64,000 bases of DNA, from positions 32,001 through 96,000 of the forward strand of contig CAWFQK010000005.1 in the NCBI GenBank assembly GCA_963817955.1, written 5' to 3'. Position 1 is the first letter of the stretch, and the number at the start of each line of letters is the position of its first letter. Both the position numbers and the translations under genes were made by a program. The DNA is from an uncultured Gemmatimonadaceae bacterium (GTDB taxonomy: Bacteria; Gemmatimonadota; Gemmatimonadetes; Gemmatimonadales; Gemmatimonadaceae). Positions 20,043 through 29,857 of this stretch are shown piece by piece. Under the pieces are notes generated by a model that did not search any database, had not been told where the DNA came from, and saw only the letters and a program-made list of their open reading frames with translations.

Positions 20043-20894
20043 ATGGACGCAGACCTCCTTCGCATTCCCGTCGGTCCTGGTTCCATGCACGTGGAGCGCT
20101 ACGGACATGGCGGCGCGCCGATATTGCTGGTACACGGGTTTGGCACCTGCAGTTTCCTCTGGCGCGAGGTCGGCCCGATACTCGCAATGGCGAACCGAAC
20201 GGCGTTCGCGGTCGACCTTTTCGGCTACGGTGAGTCCGATCGCCCGTTCGACGCACAGTATGGCATCGCTGCGCAGTCAGACTATCTCGACCGCGCCCTG
20301 ACGGCGCTCCGGCTCACCAAGGCCACGGTGGTCGGCATTGATCTCGGTGGTGCGATCGCGATGCACCTGGCATTCAACCGGCCGGATCGGGTGGAGCGTC
20401 TGGTGCTCATCAATCCGATCGCGTTCGATGACATCCCGGCCGACGACATCAAGAGAATGCAGCGCAACACCGGACGGTATGCATTCAAAATCTCGCGTGG
20501 CGTCTTGGGCGCGGCGCCGCTCATGCGCGAACTGCTGGAACGCAGCGTCGCCGACGAGTCGAAGATGCCGGACGCCCTGCTGGCGCGGTACCTGGCGCCC
20601 TTCGTCGGCGAGGACGGGCTGAACCATCTCCTGGCACTGGCTCGTGCCGTGGACGACGAGGACATGGCCGAGGTGGATCTTGGCCAGATCGACTGCCCGA
20701 CGCTGGTCGTGTGGGGCGATCAGGACCCGTTTATCGGCCCCAAATTGGGCGACGAGGTGGCGGACACAATTCCCGGAGCCCGCCTGGTGAGGCTGCCCGG
20801 AACGGGGCGACTGGTCCCGGAGGAGGCTGCGCCGACATTGGCCAGCATGATCCTCGAATTCGTAGGCACGGCGGTCATGGCACGCACGGACTGA
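20043..20894 (+). CDS. Alpha/beta fold hydrolase (atypical catalytic residues)
   Basis: LLVHGFG, AVDLFGYGESD, VVGIDLGG, PTLVVWGDQD. Confidence 0.88.
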   Translation: MDADLLRIPVGPGSMHVERYGHGGAPILLVHGFGTCSFLWREVGPILAMANRTAFAVDLFGYGESDRPFDAQYGIAAQSDYLDRALTALRLTKATVVGIDLGGAIAMHLAFNRPDRVERLVLINPIAFDDIPADDIKRMQRNTGRYAFKISRGVLGAAPLMRELLERSVADESKMPDALLARYLAPFVGEDGLNHLLALARAVDDEDMAEVDLGQIDCPTLVVWGDQDPFIGPKLGDEVADTIPGARLVRLPGTGRLVPEEAAPTLASMILEFVGTAVMARTD

Positions 20895-20980
20895 GCGGAA
20901 CGCATCATGCTCTGAATTCGGCAGCGAATCTGTGCCTAAGTGCGTTAGATTGTTATCTCTCTCTCCCATAACCCCTAAGC

Positions 20981-21247
20981 ATGGCCAAAACGAAGAACCG
21001 TACCATAAAGGCCCCCGCGACGCCCTCGCCGTATGAGGAGGCTCGCGATGAGCTGTTCCAGCATATTATGCGGTGTGGCGTCGTCGAATCCGTTCCTGAG
21101 CATCGAGACGAGTGGTTCAACGAAACCATGGGCTACATGACGGACCGTTATCCTGAGCTTTCCGCTGAGCAGATCAAAGAGCTGCGGAAACTGGGTGAGC
21201 GTTTCGCTCAGCCGCCGAAGAAGCGCGACGACACGGCTGCTGCGTAG
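20981..21247 (+). CDS. Hypothetical protein
   Basis: 88-aa ORF followed by a terminator. Confidence 0.75.
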   Translation: MAKTKNRTIKAPATPSPYEEARDELFQHIMRCGVVESVPEHRDEWFNETMGYMTDRYPELSAEQIKELRKLGERFAQPPKKRDDTAAA

Positions 21248-21262
21248 CACCGCTGGACATCC

Positions 21263-21287
21263 AACGCCCCCGGAATGGGGGCGTTTT
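21263..21287 (+). terminator. Intrinsic terminator
   Basis: AACGCCCCC-ggaat-GGGGGCGTT-TT. Confidence 0.8.
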
Positions 21288-21376
21288 CGTTGTTCCCGGC
21301 GTTGGCCTTGGCGTTGACACCGAGCAATACATGGGGCCGCCGCGCACGCCATACTTCGATGTTTCTAAACCAATCG

Positions 21377-21405
21377 TTGCGCGGCAAGCCCGATCGGACT
21401 ACTCT
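21377..21405 (+). promoter_or_regulatory. Putative sigma70 promoter
   Basis: TTGCGC-N17-TACTCT immediately 5' of RNA motif copy A. Confidence 0.55.
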
Positions 21406-21410
21406 TAGAG

Positions 21411-21486
21411 GAGCGACACACGCGCTGTTCGCGTGGACAAGTTCCGATCGACCAGGGGCCTGCCGAAATGCGAGCAGGCTCTTTTT
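21411..21486 (+). ncRNA. Candidate structured leader/sRNA motif, copy A, ending in a terminator
   Basis: Shares GAGCGACAC, CACGCG/CGCGTG stem, GGAYAAGKTCCG, AGGGGCCTRCCGA and TCTTTTT with 22825-22896(-); hairpin GGGCCTGC/GCAGGCTC followed by T5. Confidence 0.55.
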
Positions 21487-21612
21487 GCGTTGTGTCGCGC
21501 TCGTGGTCTGCGAGCTGCCTGGCGTGGGGGGTCTCACTCACGCGCACGTTGTGTCTCGGCTCGTACGGCTATACCGGACTCCGACCACAGCAAATTGTAC
21601 AAGGAGTTCGAT

Positions 21613-21825
21613 ATGCGTACGACTGGTTCCGTTAAGTGGTTCAACGACGATAAGGGCTTTGGCTTCATCACGCCGGAAGGCGGCGCCAAGGATTGCTTCG
21701 TCCATCATTCCGCCATTCAGGGCAGCGGCTTCAAGACGCTGGCCGAGGGCGAGCGCGTCGAGTTCGACATCGTGCAGGGCCAGAAGGGCCCGGCCGCCGA
21801 GAACGTGACGAAGCTCAACGCGTAA
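21613..21825 (+). CDS. Cold-shock protein (CspA family)
   Basis: [40 protein letters not shown] ribosome-binding site. Confidence 0.97.
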   Translation: MRTTGSVKWFNDDKGFGFITPEGGAKDCFVHHSAIQGSGFKTLAEGERVEFDIVQGQKGPAAENVTKLNA

Positions 21826-21924
21826 TCGACCGACTGGCTCCGTTCGCGGAGCTGGTCAGCGCCGCGCGTTCGAGTGATCATTGCTTGAATGCGCGGCGTC
21901 GTCTTGATCTTCAACTGAGGCAAA

Positions 21925-22122
21925 ATGCCAGAGATTCATCTGAACGAAGCCGATCGCATGGACTGGGCGCTCAAGACGTTCAAGCGCCAGATGCAGAAGT
22001 CGGGAATTCTTCGCGAGCTGCGCAAGCGTCGGCATTATGTGAAGCCGAGTGAAGCGCGACAGATCAAGGCGAAAGCCGCACAGCGTATGCGCGCCAAGGC
22101 AGCCCGTCAGCGTCCTCGCTAA
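21925..22122 (+). CDS. rpsU: 30S ribosomal protein bS21
   Basis: ALKTFKRQMQKSGILRELRKRRHYVKPSE. Confidence 0.93.
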   Translation: MPEIHLNEADRMDWALKTFKRQMQKSGILRELRKRRHYVKPSEARQIKAKAAQRMRAKAARQRPR

Positions 22123-22227
22123 CGGGCTAGTCGCCTTACTTCACGCTTGAACTGGTAGACGCGCGAGGCAGCGCGTCGATTTCGCTATTGTGTGAACAGC
22201 GTAGACGTCAGTACGCCGAGCACGACC

Positions 22228-22755
22228 TCAGCCAGCGTCGGAGAGCTCGCGACGCGCGATATCCAAGCGCTCGGCGCAGTGCTTCGCGAGCTCGGGCGAG
22301 GTCAGACCACCAAGATCTACGCTCTTCGGCCGCCAGACCCAACTCGCCTCGTTTGAGGCGACGGCAATGAATACGTCTTCCCAAGCGGGAGACGCTGTCT
22401 GTTGGCCATTCTGCATCGGACGTTCTGGCGAGTGCGCGCGACGCGTACCGACGGTGCCGCGCCAGACGATGATCAGCAACTCACCTTCGGCGACTGAATC
22501 CGGCGTGCTCCGAAGCCACGCGAGCGTCAGCGCGACAGGTCCAAGTTGCAGGATGAATCGGCCGGGTGACAGGCGTACCTCAGGCTTCTCTCCATCGGCC
22601 ACTGGAGCCGTCTTGGAAACGTACGCGACGATCTCGTCGCCGAGTCGTGTCAGCTCTCGCGTACACGCGGCGAGCGCGCGATGCGAAGCGAGAAATGAAA
22701 GCGGATCCGACCTGTCACGCTCCGCAAAGTGGTGCGTGGGCGAGATTGCAGTCAT
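22228..22755 (-). CDS. Hypothetical protein
   Basis: ORF 22228..22788; ATG MTAISP preceded by GGAGG. Confidence 0.7.
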   Translation of the reverse strand: MTAISPTHHFAERDRSDPLSFLASHRALAACTRELTRLGDEIVAYVSKTAPVADGEKPEVRLSPGRFILQLGPVALTLAWLRSTPDSVAEGELLIIVWRGTVGTRRAHSPERPMQNGQQTASPAWEDVFIAVASNEASWVWRPKSVDLGGLTSPELAKHCAERLDIARRELSDAG

Positions 22756-22824
22756 CGAGCCTCCGTTCGGACGATAGAGTGCCGCCAATTCCGTGCTGAC
22801 GGTCGATCGGGCGGCAGCAGAACC

Positions 22825-22896
22825 AAAAAAGAATCGCTGTCGGTAGGCCCCTCGTGCCGGACCTTATCCACGCGGCGTTCTGCGCGCGTGTCGCTC
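22825..22896 (-). ncRNA. Candidate structured leader/sRNA motif, copy B
   Basis: Reverse complement GAGCGACACGCG-cgcagaacgc-CGCGTGGATAAGGTCCG-gcacg-AGGGGCCTACCGA-cagcgat-TCTTTTTT. Confidence 0.55.
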
Positions 22897-22900
22897 TATG

Positions 22901-22929
22901 AATCTAGTCAGTTGCACACCGATTGGCAA
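22901..22929 (-). promoter_or_regulatory. Putative sigma70 promoter
   Basis: TTGCCA-N17-TAGATT on the minus strand immediately 5' of motif copy B. Confidence 0.6.
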
Positions 22930-22997
22930 TCGGGTTTCAAACCCTCTAAACCATTCAATGCCGTGCGTTTACACGGCTCCGGCGCGCCACATGCACG

Positions 22998-23483
22998 TCA
23001 GCGCCACGTGCGCGACGACGTTCGCAACACAATACCCACTCGAGTGCCGCCACCGAGACCGACTTGAATTGCCGGGGTGATCGCGCCGCGCATTCGTCCC
23101 TCGATGTCTACGACAGCCGTGAGGTACGGTCGCACATTCCGGTCGCCGCTCGTGTACGGAACGCTCACACCACCGCCGAGAGAGAGTCCCACGGGCACCT
23201 CCCGAAAGGGATCGAGGAGAAAGCGAGCGATCGCGTCTACGCGCCCGCTCGCATGCGCAGCTGTGCCGCGCCACGTGGCGCCTGCCGCACCATCCACACC
23301 CATGCGCACGTACATACCAAACGGAATCACGATGCCGGCACCAGCTTCAGCGGCTGTACCGTTGCCGATGATGGCGTCGGCGCGATACTCGGCGTAGCGC
23401 GGCGGTGGCGCGTTCTGAGCGCGGACCGCGCGTGCGCCAACGAATGTTGCGGCCGCGAGCAGCGCACCGTGGAGCACCCTCAC
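22998..23483 (-). CDS. Hypothetical exported beta-rich protein
   Basis: Signal-like LLAAATFVGARAVRA-Q followed by Gly/hydrophobic beta-strand pattern; start approximate. Confidence 0.55.
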   Translation of the reverse strand: MRVLHGALLAAATFVGARAVRAQNAPPPRYAEYRADAIIGNGTAAEAGAGIVIPFGMYVRMGVDGAAGATWRGTAAHASGRVDAIARFLLDPFREVPVGLSLGGGVSVPYTSGDRNVRPYLTAVVDIEGRMRGAITPAIQVGLGGGTRVGIVLRTSSRTWR

Positions 23484-24007
23484 GAGACGCGCGCGCGCCA
23501 CAGCGCGTAAGCGTAGTCCACGATCGAATACGCGGACACGATGCCGACCGCCCACAGAAATGGAGTGACCCAATCGGGAAAACGAAGCAGCATGATGAAT
23601 GTTGCGAGCTGCAATACCGTGACGAGCTTCCCCGAGTTTCGCGCCTTGAACTCCACCGGCCGGAGCCACGGCACCGCGCGCGCGACGAGGAAGCCGACGG
23701 CCGTCATGAGATCGCGCGAGATCATGACAAAGTAGCCGACCGTGGAGAGCGCACCATCAAACAAGAAGGTGGACACGGCGACGAGCACGAACACCCGGTC
23801 GGCGATTGGATCGATCAGCGCGCCCCACCGCGATGTCCACTTGCCGCGACGCGCCACCCAGCCGTCGAGAAAGTCCGTCATCGCGGCGACGCCAACGAGC
23901 CCCAACCGCGCGTCGACGCCGTCAGCCCACACAAAGGCTACGGCGAGCACAACGCGCGAGGAGGAGATGATGTTTGGGAGATCGCGGAATTTCGCGCGCG
24001 GCGCCAT
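23480..24007 (-). CDS. CDP-alcohol phosphatidyltransferase family protein
   Basis: LPNIISSSR, TDFLDGWVARR...WGALIDPIAD signature. Confidence 0.92.
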   Translation of the reverse strand: MAPRAKFRDLPNIISSSRVVLAVAFVWADGVDARLGLVGVAAMTDFLDGWVARRGKWTSRWGALIDPIADRVFVLVAVSTFLFDGALSTVGYFVMISRDLMTAVGFLVARAVPWLRPVEFKARNSGKLVTVLQLATFIMLLRFPDWVTPFLWAVGIVSAYSIVDYAYALWRARVS

Positions 24008-24096
24008 GGGTCAATTCTAATGGGCGCCGTGCCCCGCTTGCCAGCGAGTTTCGGCCCTCGTAGCTTCGCCAGTCTCCGCTCTCGTTGAGGCAGCGT

Positions 24097-24561
24097 ATGG
24101 CCGACGTCACCGATCTCCTAAAAAGAGTGGCAATCTTCAAGGATCTGGATGATGACGAGCTCGCCCAGGTGGCCGAAGTCTGCACGGAGGAGAAGTTTGT
24201 CTCCGGTGAATACATCTTTCGCGAGGGCGAACACGGCAACCGGCTCTATCTGATCGTTGAAGGTCAGGTCCGCATCAGCCGCGATGTGCCAGGCAGCGGC
24301 GAGGAAGCGCTCGCCGTGCTCAAGCCCGGTTCCCTGTTCGGGGAAATGGCGGTGTTCGATCGGACCGAGCGCTCGACCGACGCGATTTCCAATGGGGGCA
24401 CGACGGTGCTGACGATCAGCCGCGCCGATTTCGAGATGCTGCTCGACTTCAATCGCGAGTTGGCGTACAAGGTGCTATGGGCATGCATACGTCTGTTGTC
24501 CATGCGACTTCGCTCGACAAACGATTCGCTGCGGTCGATCCTGGCGATGTCGATGTTCTAG
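24097..24561 (+). CDS. Stand-alone cyclic nucleotide-binding domain protein
   Basis: IFREGE, LYLIVEGQV, FGEMAVFD..ERS; no HTH. Confidence 0.9.
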   Translation: MADVTDLLKRVAIFKDLDDDELAQVAEVCTEEKFVSGEYIFREGEHGNRLYLIVEGQVRISRDVPGSGEEALAVLKPGSLFGEMAVFDRTERSTDAISNGGTTVLTISRADFEMLLDFNRELAYKVLWACIRLLSMRLRSTNDSLRSILAMSMF

Positions 24562-24694
24562 AACCGTTGCTCGTTGCTCGTTGCTCGTCCTCGTTACCGG
24601 ATTCTTGTTCAGCGCCTATGCTTCTGCGCTCCCGATTCATTCTCACGGCTACACTCGTCGTCGCGTGCAGCCCGTCCGCGCGAATGTCGCACGC

Positions 24695-25042
24695 GTGACG
24701 GTGGACGCGTCACACACCCATCTCACCGCTGAATTCCTCGGTGTGCCCGCCGAGCAGTTGCGCGACGCGACCTTGCTCGGCGGACTATTGATCGCCGCCG
24801 CGAGCGCGGCGGGGTTCAGTCTGCACGGGGTGCCGTCGATGCGCGTAGAGCCCGGAGATGCCGTTTCCTGTATGGTGCTGCTCGACAGCGGCCATATGGC
24901 TCTGCATTCCATTCCGGAACGTCAGGCTCTGCTGTACGACGTCGTTGCGCCGGCTTCGCACGACTTTCGCAAAGCCTTGGATGTGTTCGCCCGCCGACTC
25001 TCGGCGCGCGACATCAAGAGCGACACCCGCGGCCGCGGATGA
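24695..25042 (+). CDS. S-adenosylmethionine decarboxylase (SpeD/SpeH)-like protein, degenerate
   Basis: HLTAEF.G, AAASAAG, VSCMVLLDSGHMALHSIPE...YDV resembles the SpeH fold but lacks the ESH cleavage motif. Confidence 0.65.
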   Translation: MTVDASHTHLTAEFLGVPAEQLRDATLLGGLLIAAASAAGFSLHGVPSMRVEPGDAVSCMVLLDSGHMALHSIPERQALLYDVVAPASHDFRKALDVFARRLSARDIKSDTRGRG

Positions 25043-26559
25043 GATCCTTGCTCGCGCCAGCGCACCTCGCGCTGACGGTCATCATTCTGATCTGGGACAT
25101 CGTGTTGGCGGGGCGCATTGCGCAGAACCGCCAGGCGCCGCGCGTCTTTCAGGCCATATGCGGCCTGGCGGCGCTGCTCGTGCTTCCCGGGCTCGTGTTC
25201 AACCTCGCGACATCGACCATGATCACGGGCCGCGCCGTGATCGCAATGGATTGGCTGTGGCCGGCCGTGCTGGTATTGATCGCCATACAGGCGTTATATG
25301 CGCTGGCCCGCAGGCTGGTGAACATCGTGTGGGGAATTCCGATCGCGGTGTACGACATTCTCATCGCCACCATCGGCGTGGTGCGCTACATGGTAGCACA
25401 CGGCCATACACCGGCCAAACCGCTGGTGGTGCTGCTGGCGGCGCAGAGCCTGGGGATGGTGTTTTCCACGGGTACTTCAAGCGTTCTGGCGACTCCGTTG
25501 TACGTCAACATGCCCATGGTGTCGCCCGCTTTCCCCGTGCTGCGCAAGCTGACGGGATCGTTCCGATTGTTCATGACAGCGCTGGCCATCTTGTGGATGG
25601 TGATACTCGTGACAATCGGTGCGCCGAACGCCGTGACGCAACTCCGCAACTCCGCAGTGCACCGGCACGATCAACTTCGCGAGCGCCCCGACGCCGACTT
25701 CGCAGTTGGACTCAAGATTCTGCCGGATCTCGCAGGTCCGCCGCCGGCCCTGGCACTGAAGAATGACTCCGCACTCGTCGACACGCTGGACGTAGATGCC
25801 ATAGAAATCGTTGTCGCACCCGGAGCGGGAAAGGCGACCATCGATTCGCTCGCGCATGTGTTTGGATCGCCGCGTCGCGACAGTACCACGTTGATCGTGG
25901 CGATTGGCTACCGGGGCGAGATCTTCCCGCAGTTGAGCCCGTTACCGCTCGACGAAGCACAGCGTCTCGCGACGCTGCGGCGGGTCATGACAACGCTTCA
26001 CCCCGACATCATTCTGCCAGCGGAAGACCCGTACGGCAGCGGAGAGCGTTCCCTCGGGTTGCTCCCTGTGCAGCAATGGAAGACCTATCTCACCGACGCA
26101 GCGCGCCTGGTAAAGAGCATCAACCGCAACACACGGGTCGGGGTCGCGGCGTCATCGTATCGCACGACGGACAGCGCCCTCTACGCGTGGGCGGCTTCAC
26201 CATCGTCGCCGATCGACATCGTCGGGTTTTCGCTTTTTCCATCGCCGTATACCGGCGGCGGAATCGAGTCAGACACGCGCACCGCCGACCGATGGATGCG
26301 CGCGACCCCATCGCGCAAGGAGCATTGGGTGTTCGCAACGGGTGGCTATCCCCTCGCCTTTGGGGAGACGAGTCAGGAGGAAGCCGTGTGGCAGGTCTTC
26401 GCCTGGGCGACCGATCATCCAGCAATCAAGGGCGTGGTGGTATACGAAGCGGGCGACTACGGTCAGTCGCGTGGCTTGCGGGCGCCGAACGGACGGTTGA
26501 GGCCCGTGACGCGCACGGTGATGCGAGCCATTCAGCAAATTCGGGAATCGGCGCGATGA
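25039..26559 (+). CDS. Membrane protein with C-terminal glycoside-hydrolase-like domain
   Basis: About six N-terminal TM segments; C-terminal DIVGFSLFP, IKGVVVYEAGDY, GLRAPNGRLRP resemble a clan-A TIM-barrel end. Confidence 0.55.
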   Translation: MRSLLAPAHLALTVIILIWDIVLAGRIAQNRQAPRVFQAICGLAALLVLPGLVFNLATSTMITGRAVIAMDWLWPAVLVLIAIQALYALARRLVNIVWGIPIAVYDILIATIGVVRYMVAHGHTPAKPLVVLLAAQSLGMVFSTGTSSVLATPLYVNMPMVSPAFPVLRKLTGSFRLFMTALAILWMVILVTIGAPNAVTQLRNSAVHRHDQLRERPDADFAVGLKILPDLAGPPPALALKNDSALVDTLDVDAIEIVVAPGAGKATIDSLAHVFGSPRRDSTTLIVAIGYRGEIFPQLSPLPLDEAQRLATLRRVMTTLHPDIILPAEDPYGSGERSLGLLPVQQWKTYLTDAARLVKSINRNTRVGVAASSYRTTDSALYAWAASPSSPIDIVGFSLFPSPYTGGGIESDTRTADRWMRATPSRKEHWVFATGGYPLAFGETSQEEAVWQVFAWATDHPAIKGVVVYEAGDYGQSRGLRAPNGRLRPVTRTVMRAIQQIRESAR

Positions 26560-26569
26560 GCCGTGCGCT

Positions 26570-26725
26570 TCACGGCCTCGGTGGCGGGTCGTCGTCGTGC
26601 AGCATGCGCACACTCGGTGTGTCGAGGTCGTCGAACTGACCGCGGGCAGTGGCCCAGACAAACGCCGCCACGGCGACGCCGACGATGAGAAGGGCAAGCG
26701 GGAGGACGATATACAGAACGCTCAT
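26570..26725 (-). CDS. ccoS: cbb3 oxidase assembly protein CcoS
   Basis: [12 protein letters not shown]...FVWA...GQFDDLDTP. Confidence 0.9.
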   Translation of the reverse strand: MSVLYIVLPLALLIVGVAVAAFVWATARGQFDDLDTPSVRMLHDDDPPPRP

Positions 26726-29166
26726 GTCTCCTCTCTGAATGTTCTCGCTCGCCATGACGTGAGCACGACGGTGATCGAGCTGGCCGGCATCAGCACGGCA
26801 GCGACGAGCGGCGTGAGCCGCCCCGCGACGGCCATACCGGCGCCCAGGATGTTGTAAGCGAGGGCGAACGCGACATTCCATTCGATGACACGCAGGGTGC
26901 GTTGCGCGCCGTCGATGAGCCGCACTAACGGCTCCAGGCCAGGGCGCGTGAGGTAGACGTCCGCCGCCGCGAGGCAAGCTTCCGCTCCGCCATGCACGCC
27001 GACACCAACCGAGGCTGCCGCCATGGCCGCGGCGTCGTTGATGCCGTCGCCAACCATGACGACGGGCCCGCGCGCCCGAGCGGCTTCGATCACCTGCCGT
27101 TTGACTTCCGGTGTCGCACCACCGATGCAGCGCTCCGGCGGGATGCCGACGAATGCTCCGACGTCGCGGGCCACGGCCGCCGAATCTCCCGACAGTAGGC
27201 TGATTGTCCAGCCCCGGTCGCGCAGACGCGCAATGGAGACGCGCGCATCTGCGCGTACCGGATCGCCAATACGGCCGCGTGCGACGACGACGCCATCGAC
27301 GGCAACGGCGACCGGTGTGAGCGCGCCCCCATGGCTATCGCTCGTCTCGCCTCCTCGCGCGTGGCGTGCAACGAATGCCGGCGCTCCGATCACCACATCG
27401 TGTCCTTCCACACGACCGGCGATGCCGTCGCCCATCGCGTGCGATACGCGGCTCGCGGCCGCCGGTGACACCTCTGGCCAGGCACGCTGGAACGCGGAGG
27501 CGATCGGGTGAGACGATCCGTGCTCGAGCGCGAGCACGAGCGGACGCACCCAATCAGGGCCAGTCCATGCCACGAGCGTCGTACGCGCTTCCGTGATCGT
27601 TCCGGTCTTGTCGAGAAAGAGATGCCCGGGACGAGCGAGGCGTTCCAGCGCGTCGCCGCCCTTCACGAACATGCCCGAACGCGCGGCCCGGCCGATCGCC
27701 ACTGACACGGCGAGCGGCGTGGACAACGCGAGTGCACACGGGCAGGTCACGATGAGCACCGCGACGGCGGTGTCGACGGCGCGCGAGGGATCCACGAGGC
27801 GCCACACGACGAACGTCGCCGCGGCGAGCACCAGGACGGCTCCGACGAACCACGCCGCCAGGCGATTGGCCAGCAGCACGATCGGTGCGCGGCGAGCCGC
27901 ACTCTCTTCCACCTGCCGCATGATCTTCGCCACACGGCTCGTTTCGCCCGCTTGTGTCACGCGAGCCTGCACCGGTGTCGAGAGGTTCACCGTGCCCGCG
28001 AACACGGCTCCGCCCTCGCACACTGACACCGGGCGAGACTCGCCGGTGAGCAGCGACAGATCCACCTGCGTCGAACCCGAGACGATCACGGCGTCGGCGG
28101 CAAACGTCTCGCCGGCGCGAACATCCATGCGCATGCCAGGGAGCAGCGCTTGCGCCGGTATCTCCTGGACGCCGCCAGCCTCGCCAACGACGCGAGCCGT
28201 GCTCGGCGTGAGCGAGAACAGCAGCTCGGAGCTGTCCGCGGCGGCGCGCTGCCCCCGCTGCTGCAGATAGCGACCGACGAGGAGCGCAAAGATCAGCGCC
28301 GCCAAACCATCGAAGTAGATCGGGCCAGACCCTCGGATGGTGTTGATCGCGCCCTGCGTATACCCGGCCGCCAATCCGAGGGCGATAGGAACATCCATGT
28401 GCAGCGTGCGAGCGCGGAGGGCCGACCAGGCTCCCGCGAGGAAGACTCGGCCCGGCCAGAACAGCGCCGGCGTGACGAGCCCGAAGCTGATCCAGCGGAA
28501 GAATCGTGTGAACTGCGCGTCCATGCCGCCAATCCAGCCGCTGTACAGCGCCAGCGCGGCGAGCATCACATTGACGGCAATCGCACCGGCAACACCGATG
28601 CGCACGAGCATGGCGCGGTCCTCGCGCCTCCGCATGGCATCACGGGTCACCCCGCGAAACGGATGCGGTGCGTAGCCAAGCGAATCGAGCGTGCGCGCGA
28701 TGGCCGACAACCGGACGGTCGACGGATTCCACACGACGCGGGCCAGCGACCGGCGGATTTCGAGTTCGGTCCTCTGCACACCGGCAATGACGAGTGGCAC
28801 ACGCTCTACCAGCCACACGCATGACGCACAGTGTACGCCCTCGAGATACAGCTCGATTTCCGCCAGCCCGTCCGGCAGGGCGCGAACGTACAACTCGCTG
28901 AATGCGGCGTGATCGAACTCGTCGAAGTTTCTGCCACTCACGCGCACCGGCGAATCGCGGCGTTCGGCGAAATCGTAGTAGTGATCCAGCCCATGGTCGT
29001 GCAGGATCGCAAACGCGGTGCGACATCCCGTGCAGCAGAATTGCGTGGTTTCCTGCAGGTCGACCGCGCCAAGTGGCACGTCGAGTCCACAGTGTGTGCA
29101 TGTCGTGCGCGCCGTTGCCGGCGAGCCCACGAGTGACGCCAGTGACATCGTGTCACCGATCGGCAT
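26722..29166 (-). CDS. ccoI: Heavy-metal P1B-type ATPase CcoI/FixI
   Basis: CTHCG, FCCTGC, HCASC, TGES, CPCAL, DKTGT, GDGIND. Confidence 0.93.
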   Translation of the reverse strand: MPIGDTMSLASLVGSPATARTTCTHCGLDVPLGAVDLQETTQFCCTGCRTAFAILHDHGLDHYYDFAERRDSPVRVSGRNFDEFDHAAFSELYVRALPDGLAEIELYLEGVHCASCVWLVERVPLVIAGVQRTELEIRRSLARVVWNPSTVRLSAIARTLDSLGYAPHPFRGVTRDAMRRREDRAMLVRIGVAGAIAVNVMLAALALYSGWIGGMDAQFTRFFRWISFGLVTPALFWPGRVFLAGAWSALRARTLHMDVPIALGLAAGYTQGAINTIRGSGPIYFDGLAALIFALLVGRYLQQRGQRAAADSSELLFSLTPSTARVVGEAGGVQEIPAQALLPGMRMDVRAGETFAADAVIVSGSTQVDLSLLTGESRPVSVCEGGAVFAGTVNLSTPVQARVTQAGETSRVAKIMRQVEESAARRAPIVLLANRLAAWFVGAVLVLAAATFVVWRLVDPSRAVDTAVAVLIVTCPCALALSTPLAVSVAIGRAARSGMFVKGGDALERLARPGHLFLDKTGTITEARTTLVAWTGPDWVRPLVLALEHGSSHPIASAFQRAWPEVSPAAASRVSHAMGDGIAGRVEGHDVVIGAPAFVARHARGGETSDSHGGALTPVAVAVDGVVVARGRIGDPVRADARVSIARLRDRGWTISLLSGDSAAVARDVGAFVGIPPERCIGGATPEVKRQVIEAARARGPVVMVGDGINDAAAMAAASVGVGVHGGAEACLAAADVYLTRPGLEPLVRLIDGAQRTLRVIEWNVAFALAYNILGAGMAVAGRLTPLVAAVLMPASSITVVLTSWRARTFREET

Positions 29167-29857
29167 GCACGCCGCTCATGTGCGCATGTTGACCGATGGC
29201 CGGTGGGTGAAGCTTGCCGGCGATCGACAGGAGCCCGAGCACCAGCACGACTGTGGCGCTGACAACGGGAAGCCGGCGACGCATGGGGCCGAACAGCCGC
29301 GCCGCACCAGCGCCGATGACGACCAGCGCTGGTACCGTTCCCACCCAGAACGCCATCATCACACCGGCGCCGGCCAGTGCGCTCCCGGTGCCTCCCGCCA
29401 CGACGACGAATGTGTATAGCCATCCGCACGGCAGCAGCGTCGTGAGGAGTCCAATGAGCATCGCACGCGCGGCGGGGCGGCGGTCGCGCCCCGCGACGAG
29501 CAATTGGCCAATGAAACGCCGCGCCCACTCCGGCGCGAGCGTCACGGGAACACGGAGGCCAACGGTGGCGCCGATCGCGCTGCCCGCCCACAGGATCATC
29601 AGCACACCGGCGACCACGGCCGCCAACTGCCCGACGCCTGCCAGATGACCCACGTCGTTCACTCGTGCGCCCGCCACGCCGGCGAGGGCCCCGAGCAACA
29701 CGTACGACACCAAACGTCCACCATTGTATGATGCATGCGTGTGCCACGTGCGGGTGGCATCCGCCGGACTGTACAGGCAGGTGAACGCACCGCACATCGC
29801 GGCACAGTGCACGCTTCCCAAGAGGCTCGCCACGAGGATCCCGACGACGAGGGTCAC
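29153..29857 (-). CDS. Sulfite exporter TauE/DsbD_2-like cbb3 accessory membrane protein
   Basis: GSVHCAAMCG, YNGGRLVSY, LLPCGWLY. Confidence 0.88.
   Translation of the reverse strand: MTLVVGILVASLLGSVHCAAMCGAFTCLYSPADATRTWHTHASYNGGRLVSYVLLGALAGVAGARVNDVGHLAGVGQLAAVVAGVLMILWAGSAIGATVGLRVPVTLAPEWARRFIGQLLVAGRDRRPAARAMLIGLLTTLLPCGWLYTFVVVAGGTGSALAGAGVMMAFWVGTVPALVVIGAGAARLFGPMRRRLPVVSATVVLVLGLLSIAGKLHPPAIGQHAHMSGVHADR

Noticed and set aside
21391..21450. CGATCGGA/TCCGATCG closing stem making a three-way junction
   Set aside because: The 5' arm lies in the predicted promoter spacer upstream of the start site and is not conserved in copy B
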